The notes beneath the pieces are model-generated. The model did no database searches. It saw only the letters and a list, made by a program, of their open reading frames with translations, and was not told where the DNA came from. The translations under genes were made by a program, and so were the position numbers. This document shows, in pieces, positions 24,691 to 38,500 of a stretch of DNA of 64,000 nucleotides (position 1 is the first letter of the stretch; the number at the start of each line of letters is the position of its first letter). The stretch comes from the human T2T-CHM13v2.0 reference genome, Homo sapiens, in NCBI RefSeq assembly GCF_009914755.1, contig NC_060926.1. One strand, written 5' to 3'.

Positions 24691-26337
24691 TCCAGAAATA
24701 ATAAGTTTCCTGAGAAGACAAAGCATAAACATTATGTGAATTTTGGAGCATTTCAGTATTTGGCAATATTATCAATGAAAAATCCTGAAATGATGAAAAA
24801 ATTCCTGTGATGAAAAAATTCATAAAAGTACTAGTAAATGAATTGACTAATGTATAAAAAATTAAATGAAATCCTTTAAGTCCAGAAAAAAGAGAGAGAA
24901 CATGAATCCAAAGAGGCAAAATATAGTGAGAAATTTGATCACAAAAATTTCATAAAGATTTACCCAAGTCTCAGAGAAGAGGCGATCAAAAAGACAAAAG
25001 CAAACTTCAGAAATAGCAAAAATACTTTTATATCTTAGCCTTGGTTCTGAGAAGAGGAAAATAAAATCATTTTCCATGAGTCTCCATAAGCACTATTTGG
25101 TTCCTCCTGTGAGTTTATGGCTTAAATTTATACTATTTGCGTGAGGCAAAAAAAAAAAAAAATTATTTTATGGTTAACCCAATCTGCAGCATCCCAAATG
25201 CACATCTCTTTCAGAGAAACACACTCACTTTCAACCCAGGCAACAAAAGATTCCCACAGATATATTTGCAAGTATGATCTAACAATGAAAAGCTATAAAA
25301 CACACAAGGAGACAAAGTACTACAGTAAGTCATCATTTAAAAAAAAAGTTCAGAAAGATTTTAAGTGTAGGTGTCAATAGATATATAATGCAAAGTAACT
25401 GTTTACAATTAGCAAACAGATTATGATCTCTAGATATTATCTTCCACTAAGAGAGAAATGAGGGCTACTTGGAGAATTGGCTGAACCAGGTCTGGGAAAG
25501 AAAGCATAGATGTTGAATTTGGAACACCTTGTCATATCAGAAAACAATACGGCTATTAAAGAAAACTGTAGTCATGTCCAAAAGACTCAGGAAAGAACTG
25601 AAGAGACCCCCCATTAGCCAAAGATAACACAATTTGAGTATAAGAATAATAACTTCAATGAATTGAAATATCAAATAGTTAAAATGTGTCAGTTCAAAAT
25701 GATACTGAAAGAAAAACTCATAGGTTGCCCTTGGAGGATTCTAGGAAACCAATATATTATACTGAAAATTAATAAGCAAAGGGGGAAAAGTCAACCATTT
25801 ATTCTAGAAAGCAAATTGTTTCTCAGGGTAACCAAAGAGTTACAGGAAGTGTATCTTAAAGAAAATATTTCATTCAATGAATGAAGAAGGACTAAAAAAC
25901 TTTAAATATCACCATTTGGCAACCCTCTAATAAAATAATGAATCCATGCAATGATTATCAATGATCGTTAAAATCACTACACAAAAAGACCATGGAAAAC
26001 TTTAAAATGGAATGATCAGGCCAAAACCACTTAAACAGACTAATCAGTCTCATGACAAAAAGAGACAGATAGGCATAATGAGCCTCTTGATGAAAGTACA
26101 CAAGACTCACTATCTGTAGAGTATTCTTGCCAGATATTGAATATGAATCTGATCAAGCTTCTATATCCAACTATTAGTTTACAGGCAAAGAAACATGTAA
26201 AATGATACATTAGTGATAAAATCAGCAAATCCTAGACAGTGGAAGACTCTACAGAATAAATGACCTGATTTCCACTTTAAATTATAAGGAAAAAAACATG
26301 GGAAAATAGCATATATAATTAAAGAGAGTTAAGAGAC

Positions 26338-27252
26338 TATATCAGCCTGCTAGGGCTACAATAACAAAATACTGCAGACTGCTTGGCTTAAACAACAAAA
26401 ATTTATTTTGTCAGGTTGGGTTCTTTCTCAGCTTTCTCTCCTTGGCTTGCAAATGTCTGCCTTCTCGCTATGTCCTCACATGGTCTCCCCTTTGTGGGCA
26501 TGCACCCCCTGGTGTTTCTCCATGTCCAAATTTCCTTTTCTTGTAAGGACAACAGACTGGATTAGACCCCAATCCTGAAGAGGCTCATTTTAATATAATC
26601 ACCTCCTTAAAGTTCCTATTTCCAAATATAGTCACATTCTGAGCTACTACTGGAGGTTAGAGCTTCAATATGTAAATTCTGGGAAGACATGACTCAACCT
26701 ATAACATTTTGTTCTCTTGACCACAAAAATTCATGTTCTTCTCACATGCAAAACACATTCACTGCCATCCCACCAGTCCCAAAGCCTTAACTCATTCCGG
26801 TATCCACTCTAAGTCCAAAATCTCATCTAAATATTATATAAATCAAGTGTGGGTGAGACTCGATGTATGATTCATCTTGAGGAAAAATTTCTCTCCATCC
26901 GTGAACCTGTGAAACCAGACAAGTTATCTGCTTCCAAAATACAATGGTGTAACAGTCATAAGATAGACATTCCCACTTCAAAAGAGAAATAAAAAAGAAG
27001 ACAGGGATCACAGGTCCAAGCAAGTCCAAAACCTGGAAGGGGAACTCCATCAGATTTTAAAGCTCATGAATAATCCTCTTTGGCTCCATGCCCTGTCCTC
27101 CAGGCCTAGCAGAGTGTTGGCCCAACCCCATCCACTGTGGGTGGCAGTGTCACCTTTGAGGGCCTAACTTCCAATACAGTCATATGTGGGAGACTAGGGG
27201 TGAAGGCTTCAACCTACAAATTTGGGGAAAACATAATTCAGCCTATAATTCA
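26338..27252 (-). mobile_element. Internally deleted MLT1A-type MaLR: 3' LTR 26338-26706, internal 3' part, and a short 5' LTR stub at about 27165-27252
   Basis: Antisense LTR tatatcagcctgctagggctacaataacaaaatac...cctataaca. The TSD is gagac (26333-26337) / gagat (27253-27257). Confidence 0.8.
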
Positions 27253-27395
27253 GAGATATGTCAAACAAATGTAACATGTCCGTGTTTGGATCATGATTCA
27301 AAAAAACAGTTAAAAATTTATAAAACAATTTGGGATTTGAACTTTGGTTGGATATCATATGATATTAAGGGTATTTTAAATACTTATGCTTTAAA

Positions 27396-28377
27396 ATAAA
27401 AAGTCGACAAAGGACAGTAATAGATGTTTCTCAAAAGAAGACATACAAATGGCCAAGAAATACACGAAAAAATTCTTAACATCACTATCAGAGAAATGAA
27501 AATTAAAACCACAGTAAGATATCATCTTACTCCAGTTAAAATGGCAATTATTAAAATGACAAAAAAAAATATGCTGGCAAGAATGTGGAGAAAATGGAAG
27601 TCTTATGCAGTGTTAGTAGGAACATAAATTAGTGTAGCCATTATGGGAAACATTATGGAGTTTCCTCAAGAAATTAAAAATAGAAATACTACATGATTTA
27701 GCAATCCAACTACTGGGGCATATATCCAAAGGAAAGGAAATCAGTATGTTGAAGAGATATCTGGACTTGAATGTTTATTGCAGCACTACTCTCAAAGGCC
27801 AAGACATAGAATCAACCTAACTGTCCATCAACAGATAAATGAATAAAGAAAATGTGGTATGTATACATATATACAATGAAATAATATTCAGCCACAAAAA
27901 AGAATGAAATCCTGTAATGTGTAGGAACATGGATGAGCCTGAAGGACATTATGTTAAGTGAAATAGCCAGGCACAGAAAAACAAACACCACCTGTTCTCC
28001 TTTATATGTGGAAGCTAAAATAGTTGATCTTATAGAAGTAGAGATTAGAACAGCCTGGGAAGGATGGGGGAGGGAGAGATAGGAAGAGGTTGGTTAATAG
28101 GTACAAAACCACAGATAGGAGGAATAAGTTCTACTGTTCTATAGCACAGCAGAGTGTATATGATTAACAATAATTTATTATATATTCCAAAATGGCTACA
28201 AGAAAGAATTTTGAAATGTTGTAAAACAAAGAAATGATAAATGTTTAAGGTGATGGATATCCCAGTTACCTTGATTTAATCATTACACATTGTATACATG
28301 TATAAATACATCACATGTACCCCATAAAATGTACAATTATTATATATCAATTAAAAATTAGAAAAATAGAATTTTAA
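27396..28377 (+). mobile_element. 5'-truncated L1MA (L1MA5/6-like)
   Basis: ORF2 C-terminal remnant (ORF 27424..27627) and an L1MA 3'UTR. The 18-bp TSD aaata(c/g)ttatgctttaaa is at 27378-27395 / 28378-28395. Confidence 0.88.
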
Positions 28378-29419
28378 AAATAGTTATGCTTTAAAGTTCT
28401 TATCTTATGGAAATAATAATGAAGTGCTTACAAATGAAATTATAAGATATCTGGAGTTTGCCTCCAAATAACAGAGTAAGGGTGGATGATTAATCAGGCA
28501 AAATTGACTTTGATTTGAGTAATGTTTAAGCAGGATGATGGATTTAAGAGAGTTTCACATACTGTCTCTCCTTTGGTGTATATTTAAAATGTCCTATAAT
28601 TAAAAATTCAAGTGCAAATAAATGTGTTTAATGTATTTAATAAAGGAGAAAATCAAAACATGAACAAGAGGAAAGAATATCAAAAATCTTTAAAAAATAA
28701 TCCAAAAGTACTTATAGAGTGAAAAATATTCCTATTAGCATTTTAAGTGCTCCATGATAAATAGCTCATTTTTGTAAAAATGTCAATCCTTTTAAAGTGG
28801 TCTATAGATTTAATGAATTATACACAAATTCCCAAGAGGCTATTTTATGAAACTTGACAGTTTGTTTCAATAATTTAATACTTTATATTGAAGATTAAAG
28901 GGATAAAAACTATAAAAAGACTCCTCAATTTAAAATAAAAGAAGAAGAAAAAGGAGAAGGAGATGAAGAAGGAGAAGAAGAAAAGGAGTGGGTTGGGGGA
29001 GAAGGGGACTGGCATTATCAGATATGAAGACTTATTACAAAGCAAAGGTAGTTAAGACAGTATGATATTGGTGCAAGGAAAGACAAATAGATCAATAGGC
29101 TGAAGCAGTGAGCACAAGAAGACAGCCCACACACATCAAAAACACTAAAATCATTTGTTAAAGATAGATAATTCATGAAATTATATTGGGTCAATTACTT
29201 ATTAATATGAAATGAAAATGAAAATAGATAACTACCTCTTAGCATAGAAAAATGAAAAAGATGGAGCTTCTTAATGATAGAAGAAAATATTGAGGGATAT
29301 GTTTTAGTGTTTATTTAGGGGTCCTTCACAAGACACAAAATGCTCCAATCACAAAAAAGGCTAAAAAATTTCACCTCATCAAAATAATTCTATTATATTC
29401 TTTATCTGCATTTATATCA

Positions 29420-32400
29420 TTCACTGCAAGAATAATCAGATTCAGATCACCCATCTCCCTCACTCTAATCCCCATAAGTCTACGTGTGTCCCCTATTCTG
29501 ACCTATTTTTCACTTTCTTTAAGTTGTAAAAGTACCTCTGTGTTCTCTGGCATTTTAGTCCATCCTCAAAAATTCCCCTGTATCTTCAAATTCATTTCTA
29601 AAACTCCTTTTACCCTCTTCTCTTGAGGAAAACTTAGCTCTCCCTCCAGGCCACTGCTACTCCTGCCATCCTTTCTTATGGTGGTTATTTTTTTACCCAC
29701 ATCCTTTGTATCTTGGGGACTGGAGGTAGGGTAGCTATTTCCATTGCACGTTATTAATACTTTCATACTATTTGCTCTGCTTTTTTCTGAAATCCTCAAC
29801 TTTGAATCCTATGCCATCAGACTGCATCATTCTTCACCCTGGCCCCAATGTCACTTTCATTTCTTGATGATATAGTTCCCGACTTACTGACACTTTCTCT
29901 AACACTATCCTTGCCTTAATTCTTGATGAATGGTATATATGATTAATTAATTTATCTAATATAGGCTGTCAGTTTCTTGAACTGTTCTCCTCCAATTAGC
30001 TAGTCCTCCATCATACTGCAGCCACTCCAATCCTATCATCATGCCTTAGAAATTATCATTACTAAAAATTACAGCCCCTCCCTTATCTCAATGCTATGTG
30101 GCTCTCTAACCATCTCTTCCTGTCTTTCCTTCTTATTCCCTATCCTGGTTCTATCTATTATTCAGCCCTACTAGGACCTTCAACTCAGTGATTCCACCAA
30201 TTTTGCATGCACCATCACCACTTAGGTCTTCTCTTCCTTTCTTATCCAGCTAAAATTCCATAGAGAATCATTATACGATCTCCCTTGCATACAAACTCAA
30301 CTCCTTTTTCTCTCTCTCAAGTTAAAATACTCTTTTGGCTAACCTAGCTATTCTGCTTAAATGTATTTTTTCACTTTTGCCACACCTGCACTCATAAGCC
30401 AGAATGTGGCTGATGAAAAACAGAACCATCCTGATGGATCTCACTTTAAATTCATGATTATGAACCTCTCAAGATATTATTAATAATATGCCAGGCATTC
30501 ATGCTCCATTTCCCTGGTATCAACTCTCCAAGTTTGCTAGATATCTACTTTACAACTTTTCTCTCCTCAAACCTATAATATCTCCTCTCCCACCTTCACT
30601 TTCAGCTTATGGCTTTGGTTTCAACCTTAATAAGACTTGAAGCAGTAAAATGGCAACCAGGTTCACCAGGTTCACACCACCATAACTATGTCATCAACAT
30701 CTACAGCCATGTACTATGCTTTCTTTCTTATTCCTGCAGATAACTACCTGTGCATCTATCTAAAGCCAATTTTTCCACTTATGAGCCATATCTTCCTATT
30801 TCTACTCATCTATTCAATATTATTCTAACAATTTTATTTTCTCTACTGAATCTCTTTTGTTTGTTTGTTTGTTTGGGATTATTACCACAATCATGAAAGC
30901 ATGCTATTATTTTTTTCCATCTACTAAAACCTGCTTATGATACCACTTTCCCAACCTCCTCCCCCATTTATTTGCTCCTCTTCCCAACAAAACTACGGAA
31001 GAGATTTCAGTACTCATTTCTCTGATTCCCTCCATTCTCTCTTTAGCCCTCTTGAATCAGACCTCCACCTGCCACTCTCCTGATATTGCTCTTGTCAAGA
31101 TCACTGATGACTTTCACATTGATTAATATAATGCTCAATCCTCATTATTCATTTTGACTTACCAGCAGCATTTGCCACAACTGATCACTGGCCCTTTCAT
31201 TGGCTCTTTTTTATGATATTCTATTGAATTGAACTTCCTTATAATTCACTGGCTGCTCTTTTACAAATCTCCTGTCTACCTTGCCCCTTAACCTTGTGCC
31301 CCAGGATTCAGTCTTTTGCTTGTCTTCTTTTATTTATCTATACTCACTCCATTAATTATCTTATCATTTTTCTATAGCTTTAAATACTACTTTTTGCCTA
31401 CAACTCCCAAATTCATATCACCAGCTCTCCTAAATTCCAGATTCATATATGGAACTGCCTATCCAACATATGCATTTGACAGTCTGATACATATATCAAA
31501 CTTAACATTTCCAAAATAAAATCCTAAGTCTTTTCCCAAAACCTTCCCAACCCATCATCATCCTCATATAAATTAATGCATCAATCCTTCAAACTGCTTA
31601 AGCCAAAGACCTTGGTCACTCTTAGAGTTACAATTGACTTTCCTCCTCTCATTCCTTACACAAACTCTTCACAAAAAGAAATTCAGAACCCAATGACCTC
31701 TCATAACTTATACTTACTGTTACAGTCAAAAGAGTTCTTCTTGTCCATTACACAGATAAAGCCAATACACTGAGATAGAAGTGTTATAGCAGAGAAGGAG
31801 TTAAATTACCCCAAGTCAGCCAAGCGGTAGGAAGGAAGATATTTCTCAAATTTCCCTTTTTGAGAGACAAGAGGCTTAGGTTTTTTAAGGATAATTTGGC
31901 CAGCAAAGGCCTAGGGAATGGATGCTGCTGATTGGTTGGGGATGAAATCATAAAAGTATTGGAACTCTCTTTGTGCACTGAGTCAGTTCCTGGTTGAGGG
32001 TCACTGCTCTGAGTGGTGCCAATTGTTCCAGCAGAATGCAAATCCTGGAAAATATCTCAAACAGCAGCCTTAGGTTTTACAATAGCAATGTTATCTATCA
32101 GGGAAATTAGGGTAGTTACAAATCTTGTCATCACTGCTTATATGATTTCTGAGCAGTAAGCAAGTTAGGAAACATGACTAGTTATTATTTAACTAAGCAT
32201 GGGTCTCAGCAGAATTCAGACCCCTCTCACAGTTCTAACCTTGTGAACTTTCATTATTTTTACAGCAATGAAGGTCCCCAAACAAAAAGGAAGGTAGTTT
32301 TGGGAAGAGGCCAATGTCATCCTTGCTTTAAAGTTAAACTATAAACTACATTCCTCCAATAATTAGCTTGGCCTACACCTAGGAATCAGTAAGGGGCATC

Positions 32401-33024
32401 AGTCTGTGAGGTTAGAAGTAAGATGGAGTCAGTTATGTTAGATTTCTCTCACTCTCATAATTTTTGCAAAGGTGGTTTTACTATCACTGATTCAAGTCAT
32501 CATTATTTCTTACCAAGATCATAATAAACCTGGGCCATTACAATCAATTAGCCCTATATCAATAAAAATAAAAGTCAAAGTCCTTACAATAGCCTAAAAG
32601 CTCACATCCATTCTGGCTGCTGTTACTTTTCTGACCTGTCCTACTTTTCTTTCCCTTATTTAGTCTACTCCAGCTACACTGGCCTCCTTGCTTTTCTTGG
32701 AACACACACACCATATAACCTTTGAACTGACTGTTACCTTAGCCAGAAATGCTATTCCCCTAGTAATCTCCTAATTAACACACTCTACCTCTTTGAAGTT
32801 TTGCTCAAAAGTCACTTTCTCAATGAGGCCTATGTGCACACCATCCAGCTTCCAATATCTTTGTTGTATTTTTTTTCTCATAACACTATATCTTCAAACA
32901 TACTCTTGATTGTCTATATTCCCCTGAGAAAATTAATAAGGGCAGGTATTTGTTTTATTTTCCAAAATACTCCAATATTCAATAAACATTTGTTGAATGT
33001 ATCTATGAATCAGTGAATCAATGA
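29420..33024 (+). mobile_element. Long L2 (L2a-like) remnant
   Basis: C/T-rich L2 ORF2-region motifs (ttgctcttgtcaagatcactgatgac; tcttgacttaccagcagcattt-like) and the 3' tail ttcaataaacatttgttgaatg...gaatcaatgaa. Confidence 0.75.
31718..32480 (-). mobile_element. LTR8-family (LTR8A/B-like) ERV1 solo LTR
   Basis: The minus strand begins taaaaccacctttgcaaaaattatgagagtgagagaaatctaacataactgactccatcttacttctaac, matching the LTR8 5' end. It ends ...gtaaca. Confidence 0.8.
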
Positions 33025-34759
33025 AAATATAAATAATAACTTATATTTATCAAAAAATACCATAAAAAATGAAAATTCTAAAGACAAAATATGAGAATAT
33101 GTTTATAATATATATAATTAATAAAGGCTTAATATTATGAGGGTACTTTTTAAATAAATACTATAAACAGATAAGAAAAAAGTAAATAACCTGATAGAAA
33201 AAATGGCTTGCATATACACCATTAATATACATTCACATGCATATGTATATATATTTGAATAGGTATTTCATAAGTGGAAACACGAATGGTCAATAAATAA
33301 TTAAAAGTTATTTAGTTTCATTAAACTAAATAAATTTAATTTAAAAAGTTTAAGTAAAGAAATAAAAATTAAAGACATAAGAAGATATTACACATCTACC
33401 AACTGGCAAAAAGAAAAGAGTTTGACAATAGCAAGTGTTAGTAGGGATGTGAAGCAATAGGAACACTATTGGTAGGGAATATAAATTGGTTCTTGCAATT
33501 ACTTCGAAAAACAATTTGGCACTATCTGATAGAGCCACAGATACACATACTGTACAACCCAGTAATTCTATTTTTAGATATATCCTAGAGACAATGCTGT
33601 ATTTGTGCTTCAAGAGACATACTAGAATTTTCATGGTTTCATTGTGTATAATAGCAGAAAATTTAACTGAATTTAAATTTCCACTGGATAAAGAACAGAT
33701 AATAATCTGTATTCATGCCTGGGAATACTTTACAGCAGTGAAAATGAATTAACTATGGCTGTACACATCATCATATTGGATACAAAGAAGTGATATGAAA
33801 AATAAGCTAATATTTTTATGAAATTTGAAAACAAAACTAAATAATTACTTATGGATAGTTACATGATAGATTATTTTAAAACATAAGAATGATAAACAAA
33901 AATTTAGGGTAGTGACTGACTATTCAGGTAAAGAGAAAGGTGATGTGATTGGGAACAAATACACAAATAGCCTCACACTGTATCAGTAATGGCTCCTTCA
34001 CCCACTGGGAGAATGGCTTTAGGTAATTGTGCTATTGTTATGCTTTATAATTTACATTGTGTATGCTTTATAATTTACATATAATATGTCTCACCATCCG
34101 CAGTCATGATTAAAAGTAAAAAATAGTCCAGAAGTTTGCTCAGAGAAGAAATATTCTCCTTGGAGCTAATAATTATTTGTTAATTCAAGTACTATGCTGA
34201 AAATTGATAAGCTGTCTGATACAGAATAAATAAAATCCAATGATGTAAACAAAAAGAAACTTTAATTGTGGCAAATGTTTGGAGTGAGATTAAATTCAAA
34301 CATATCTATCCTAAGTTATAGATATTTTCTGTTGTGTTTTACTAATGATCAGAATAAAATCTGACTCCCTTGATATCAAATTGTTTTTACACAAAACAAC
34401 CTGTCTTTACCCCATCTTGCATGTAAACCTTTAACACCAAAGCTTGTGCTATAATTCAAAATTTATAAATATGTTTTAGAGCATTGTATGAGTCATAAAT
34501 CATGTTTATTGTAAGAAGTACTGCTAGTTTATGAAATATGCTGGTTATTTACTTTGTCAATTATCTCACTATTTTTTCCTCTCCTTTTCTGGGTAGAAAA
34601 AAACAATTCAGCAGACTAATAGTCAAATGAAGTTGACTCTGGCTATTTCTAATTCAATCAAAATGCAAAATTTTGTTTATTCCACATTCAAGGTGACCTT
34701 TAAGTACATGTAGTATGATGAGAATTGTTTTACTATAAGAAACCAGATCCTTCTATTTC

Positions 34760-35580
34760 AGAGCAGGACCCTACCACTGTTCCAACCTCATCCCCACCAT
34801 ATGCCCTCAACACCCTTCATTCTAGCTTATAGTTTCTATCACAAACTCTCCTGTTCCTAGGAATGGTGTTACCCATCATCCCCCAGTCATGTAACTTGGC
34901 ATATGAAGCCCTTCAGCACCCACCCATCTGTCTTCATCTACCCCTCCCTGACTCACTCCACATTCCTGCCACATTTAACTTTTACTATTTCTCAAATCTA
35001 AGTCCATTCACACAACCAGAATTTGCACATGTAGCCCTTCTGACTGGAAAGCTCCAAAAGCCCTACTCATGTCTGAAAACCCTACTCAAATTGTACACCT
35101 TCCATGAAGCCTTTCTACTCCTTTGCCAGACAAAGCAAGTTGTTCCCTCCTTTGATTTGCTTAAATGGATAACTCTCCAAGTGCCCTGGTAGCAATAGTA
35201 TTCTCAGATTCAGGCAAGCAGAGCCCTTGCCTTGACCCCAGACCTGTGCATGTCACCCCTTCGTTGGATGGTCTTCTTATAAATTTCCTAATTCCTTGTC
35301 TTGTGTCTGGGACTGGCAGTGCTCTGGCAGCCCAATGTCCTGAGCCCTGATCTGAACATTCATAAGCTAGGTCCCATTTCGCCTATTAGGGAGGCTTTCT
35401 GACTTCTACCCCTAGTGTGGGGTTGATCAGATGTGCCAGAAGCTGCACTTTCCAATCTTGCCTCGTCATTAATTTGCTCTGTGATGACTTTAGACAAATT
35501 AACATTCAATTCAATGTCTTAGTCCTAAAATAAGAGGGTTGAACCTTAGGTAATATTTGAGATGTTTTTCAGATATAAGA
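34760..35580 (+). mobile_element. L2 and MIR fragments
   Basis: ctcaaattgtacaccttccatgaagcctttct (L2), and aatttgctctgtgatgactttagacaaatt (MIR). Confidence 0.5.
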
Positions 35581-38500
35581 ATTAATGATATTTTCTAGTC
35601 ATTGAGTAGTCTTATCACTCTCATGGATAAAAAATGTAGTGATTTATAAGAAATGAACACTCAATTATACTGTTTCATCAGTAAATAAAAACTGGAAAAT
35701 AAAATATTTACTATAATGACAAAACAATAATAAAGAGACATGATTTATCATGTCTTTAGGAATATACTTTTAATTGTAAATCTAGGATTCTTCACCTTAA
35801 TTTTTTAAATGTTTTAATGATTTATTAACAATTTGAAGAGTTTAATTTTACTTTAAGATTAATAAATAAGAGCACAAATTTTTATATGTTATTATTTTGT
35901 GAGAACTTGTATCTATAGTAGTATTCAAAATTAATGTACACAGATATTAGATACTAATAAATAGAAAAATAGGACTTAATTCTAACACTCATTCTGATAG
36001 AAAGACAGTAATATTGCCAATACATAGATCAATAACTGTGCTGACAGAATTGGCAGTTAAAATGTAACATAAAAGTTCAGATTTTAAATACCAAGCATGC
36101 TATATTTTAATTTCCATAGCTATGTGATTAGTGCTTATCAAGTAATTTCTGTATATGTTTGCAATAATTTAAAATAAAAATGAATGCCAGAATGAAAACC
36201 AAGGAAAAAACAAAAATAAACTAAAAGAACACAAGGAAGAAAGTAATTAAAACAGTAAACATGAGGGGGAAAAAGTGGTATTAATAACCACCATGTAATT
36301 CCTATGTGTATTATTTTTAATGTACAAAGATGTTCATTTCTTATAACATTCAAATCAAGCTAATGAAATCAAGGCATTATAAATGTTTTCTTGTAAGGTG
36401 CTTGATAAATTAATTGTGTTAAAAATTAAAAAGTATCATTTAAAAATAGTTTCATCTTACTATATTGTATATGTGTGTATAATTCAAATTACATTAAAGT
36501 TAATTTAAAATGTTTTGTGTAAGAAAGAAAATCAGTAGCTCTCAAGGGGAAAAAAATTGTTCTCTGGCTATAAGTTAGTAAATGTTAATGAATGAGTTAA
36601 TAAAAGTTCCTCTTTGCTGTCTGTGCATGTTGCCAGGTGGCAGAACCTGTTATTCTTTCCAGAGCTTGTCTCTAAACTCTCAAAGCTCTGTTAATATTCA
36701 CATTGGCCCTTAGTGTGCATTGATGATACTTCATGACAATGACCAATTGTAAAAACAATGAGGACTGCTTGCTTCTAGCAGAGCTAAAATAGCATAGTTT
36801 TATGTTGCTTTCCTCTCAGGGATAAGGTCGAGAGCCTGATGCTTCAGCTTTACTAGCTTCAGAAAGGAATCCTTGCTTCTGCTTGGCTGTGAGAAAACAT
36901 GGCTCCTCTGAATAGCTCCAACTATTTTTCATTCTCAGGAACTTTTATACTTATCTTTAGCAACTAACAATTCTACTTTGTCAACCCATTTGGATGTTAC
37001 CTTTCAAAATCAGAACCTATTTGGAATAGCACAGCACTATTTTGAATATACATATGGATACACATATATTCATTTATATATACACATATATTCATTTTAT
37101 ATATATTTATGCATATATAAAGGGAGAGAAAAAGAGGGAAATCAACATTATATATAGATGATAGATTGATTTAGAGATAAAGACAATCTTTAGGATATTG
37201 ATTTTTAGAAGCAATGCTTGGAATATTTTACATATAGATTATCTTTGACACTTCTCAGATAGCCACTTAGAAACACAAGAACTTTCTCCCTCATCTTTTT
37301 CCTGTAATTCATGGCACAGGCATAAAAACACAAAGGAATGCTAAGAATATTTAGCATGATTAGTATGCTCCAAATGTTTTTGGCATTGCTCAACAAAATT
37401 ATAAAACCTGCTCTATTTTCAGTCTTCGATATAAAAAAGCTCTAAAAACAAAGAGGGCAGCTTATCCTTCTTGGGGCCACCAATTTTCTTTGTATTTTTA
37501 AATGCTCATATGAATGTAATTTAGCAGTTGTTGCTCATTTTCAGGATGTGAAAAATAATGACTAGCAATAAACTTTTAAATGACTGTATTGCCATGATTG
37601 AAATACTTGTTATAAGGAGTTATTGGGGCATACAACTTAAAACAGATTGCAAAGCAAGTGTGTAAAGCCCTACACATTCATCAGTGACTTCATTGGCTAT
37701 ATCAGTGGATAGCAGAACATTAACATGAGTTCCAAAACTATAATCTGATAAAAGTCTGTGAAGAAACAGAACTGAAGTGATCAAAGCTCTTAAGAACTAG
37801 AGAACTATATAGTTAACAGAACACTGGGAACTTTCCACATACTACATTAATGGATGATCTATGATACTTCTGATTACTTTCCCAGGGACCACTCACTAGA
37901 ACACTTAAACACTAAATAATGTTGTGCTTTATTATTACAAAATACTAATAAATTGTGTGAACATATTCCACTCTCAAGTACTAGAAGCTCTACCAGTAGC
38001 GCTGAAAAAAACAGTACTGTGACATCAAGACATGATTGAGTTCACTTGGAGTTGAGTAAAGCAAGACATCACTTGAACCTCACTGGAAGGGCCTTGTCAC
38101 ATCCTGCTGAATTTTAGTATAGTTAAGTATCAAAACCTACTGTGTTAAATTTAAGCCTTCTACAATAACATTTCTTCCTATTAATTTGCTGTTTTCTCCC
38201 TAGACACCAGGACCAATGATTTGTTTTATTCACCTGAGTCTTAGACCCAACATGACAACCAAAAGGAAGCTTCTTATAGAGACATGAGACTCTTTAGAAA
38301 TCTGAAAATCCTAACTCAGTCCTAAAAATAGAAATTCAACCCTTATATCAGTTATTATAGTCCACATGCCAGACTGACAGTATCCAAGGAGATAGTATTC
38401 AACCTATGTAATTGCCAATAGGAAAGCCATGCTTCTGACTTCACTTGTTTGTTCCTGACAAGATTTTTTAACTGATCTCCCATACATACAGTTCTACTTT

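Larger units (their letters stand above)
25430..28620 (+). mobile_element. L1MC-type 3'UTR host split by MLT1A and L1MA insertions
   Basis: tgaatctgatcaagcttcta motif. The host motif ttaagagac|atgtcaaacaaatg resumes across the MLT1A insertion. Confidence 0.65.
28750..34120 (+). mobile_element. Old L1ME-type element (visible at 28750-29390 and 33025-34120), split by L2
   Basis: ORF2 3' motifs: ggcattatcagatatgaagacttattacaaagc before the L2, and atcaaaaaataccat... plus the 3' end after it. Confidence 0.6.
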
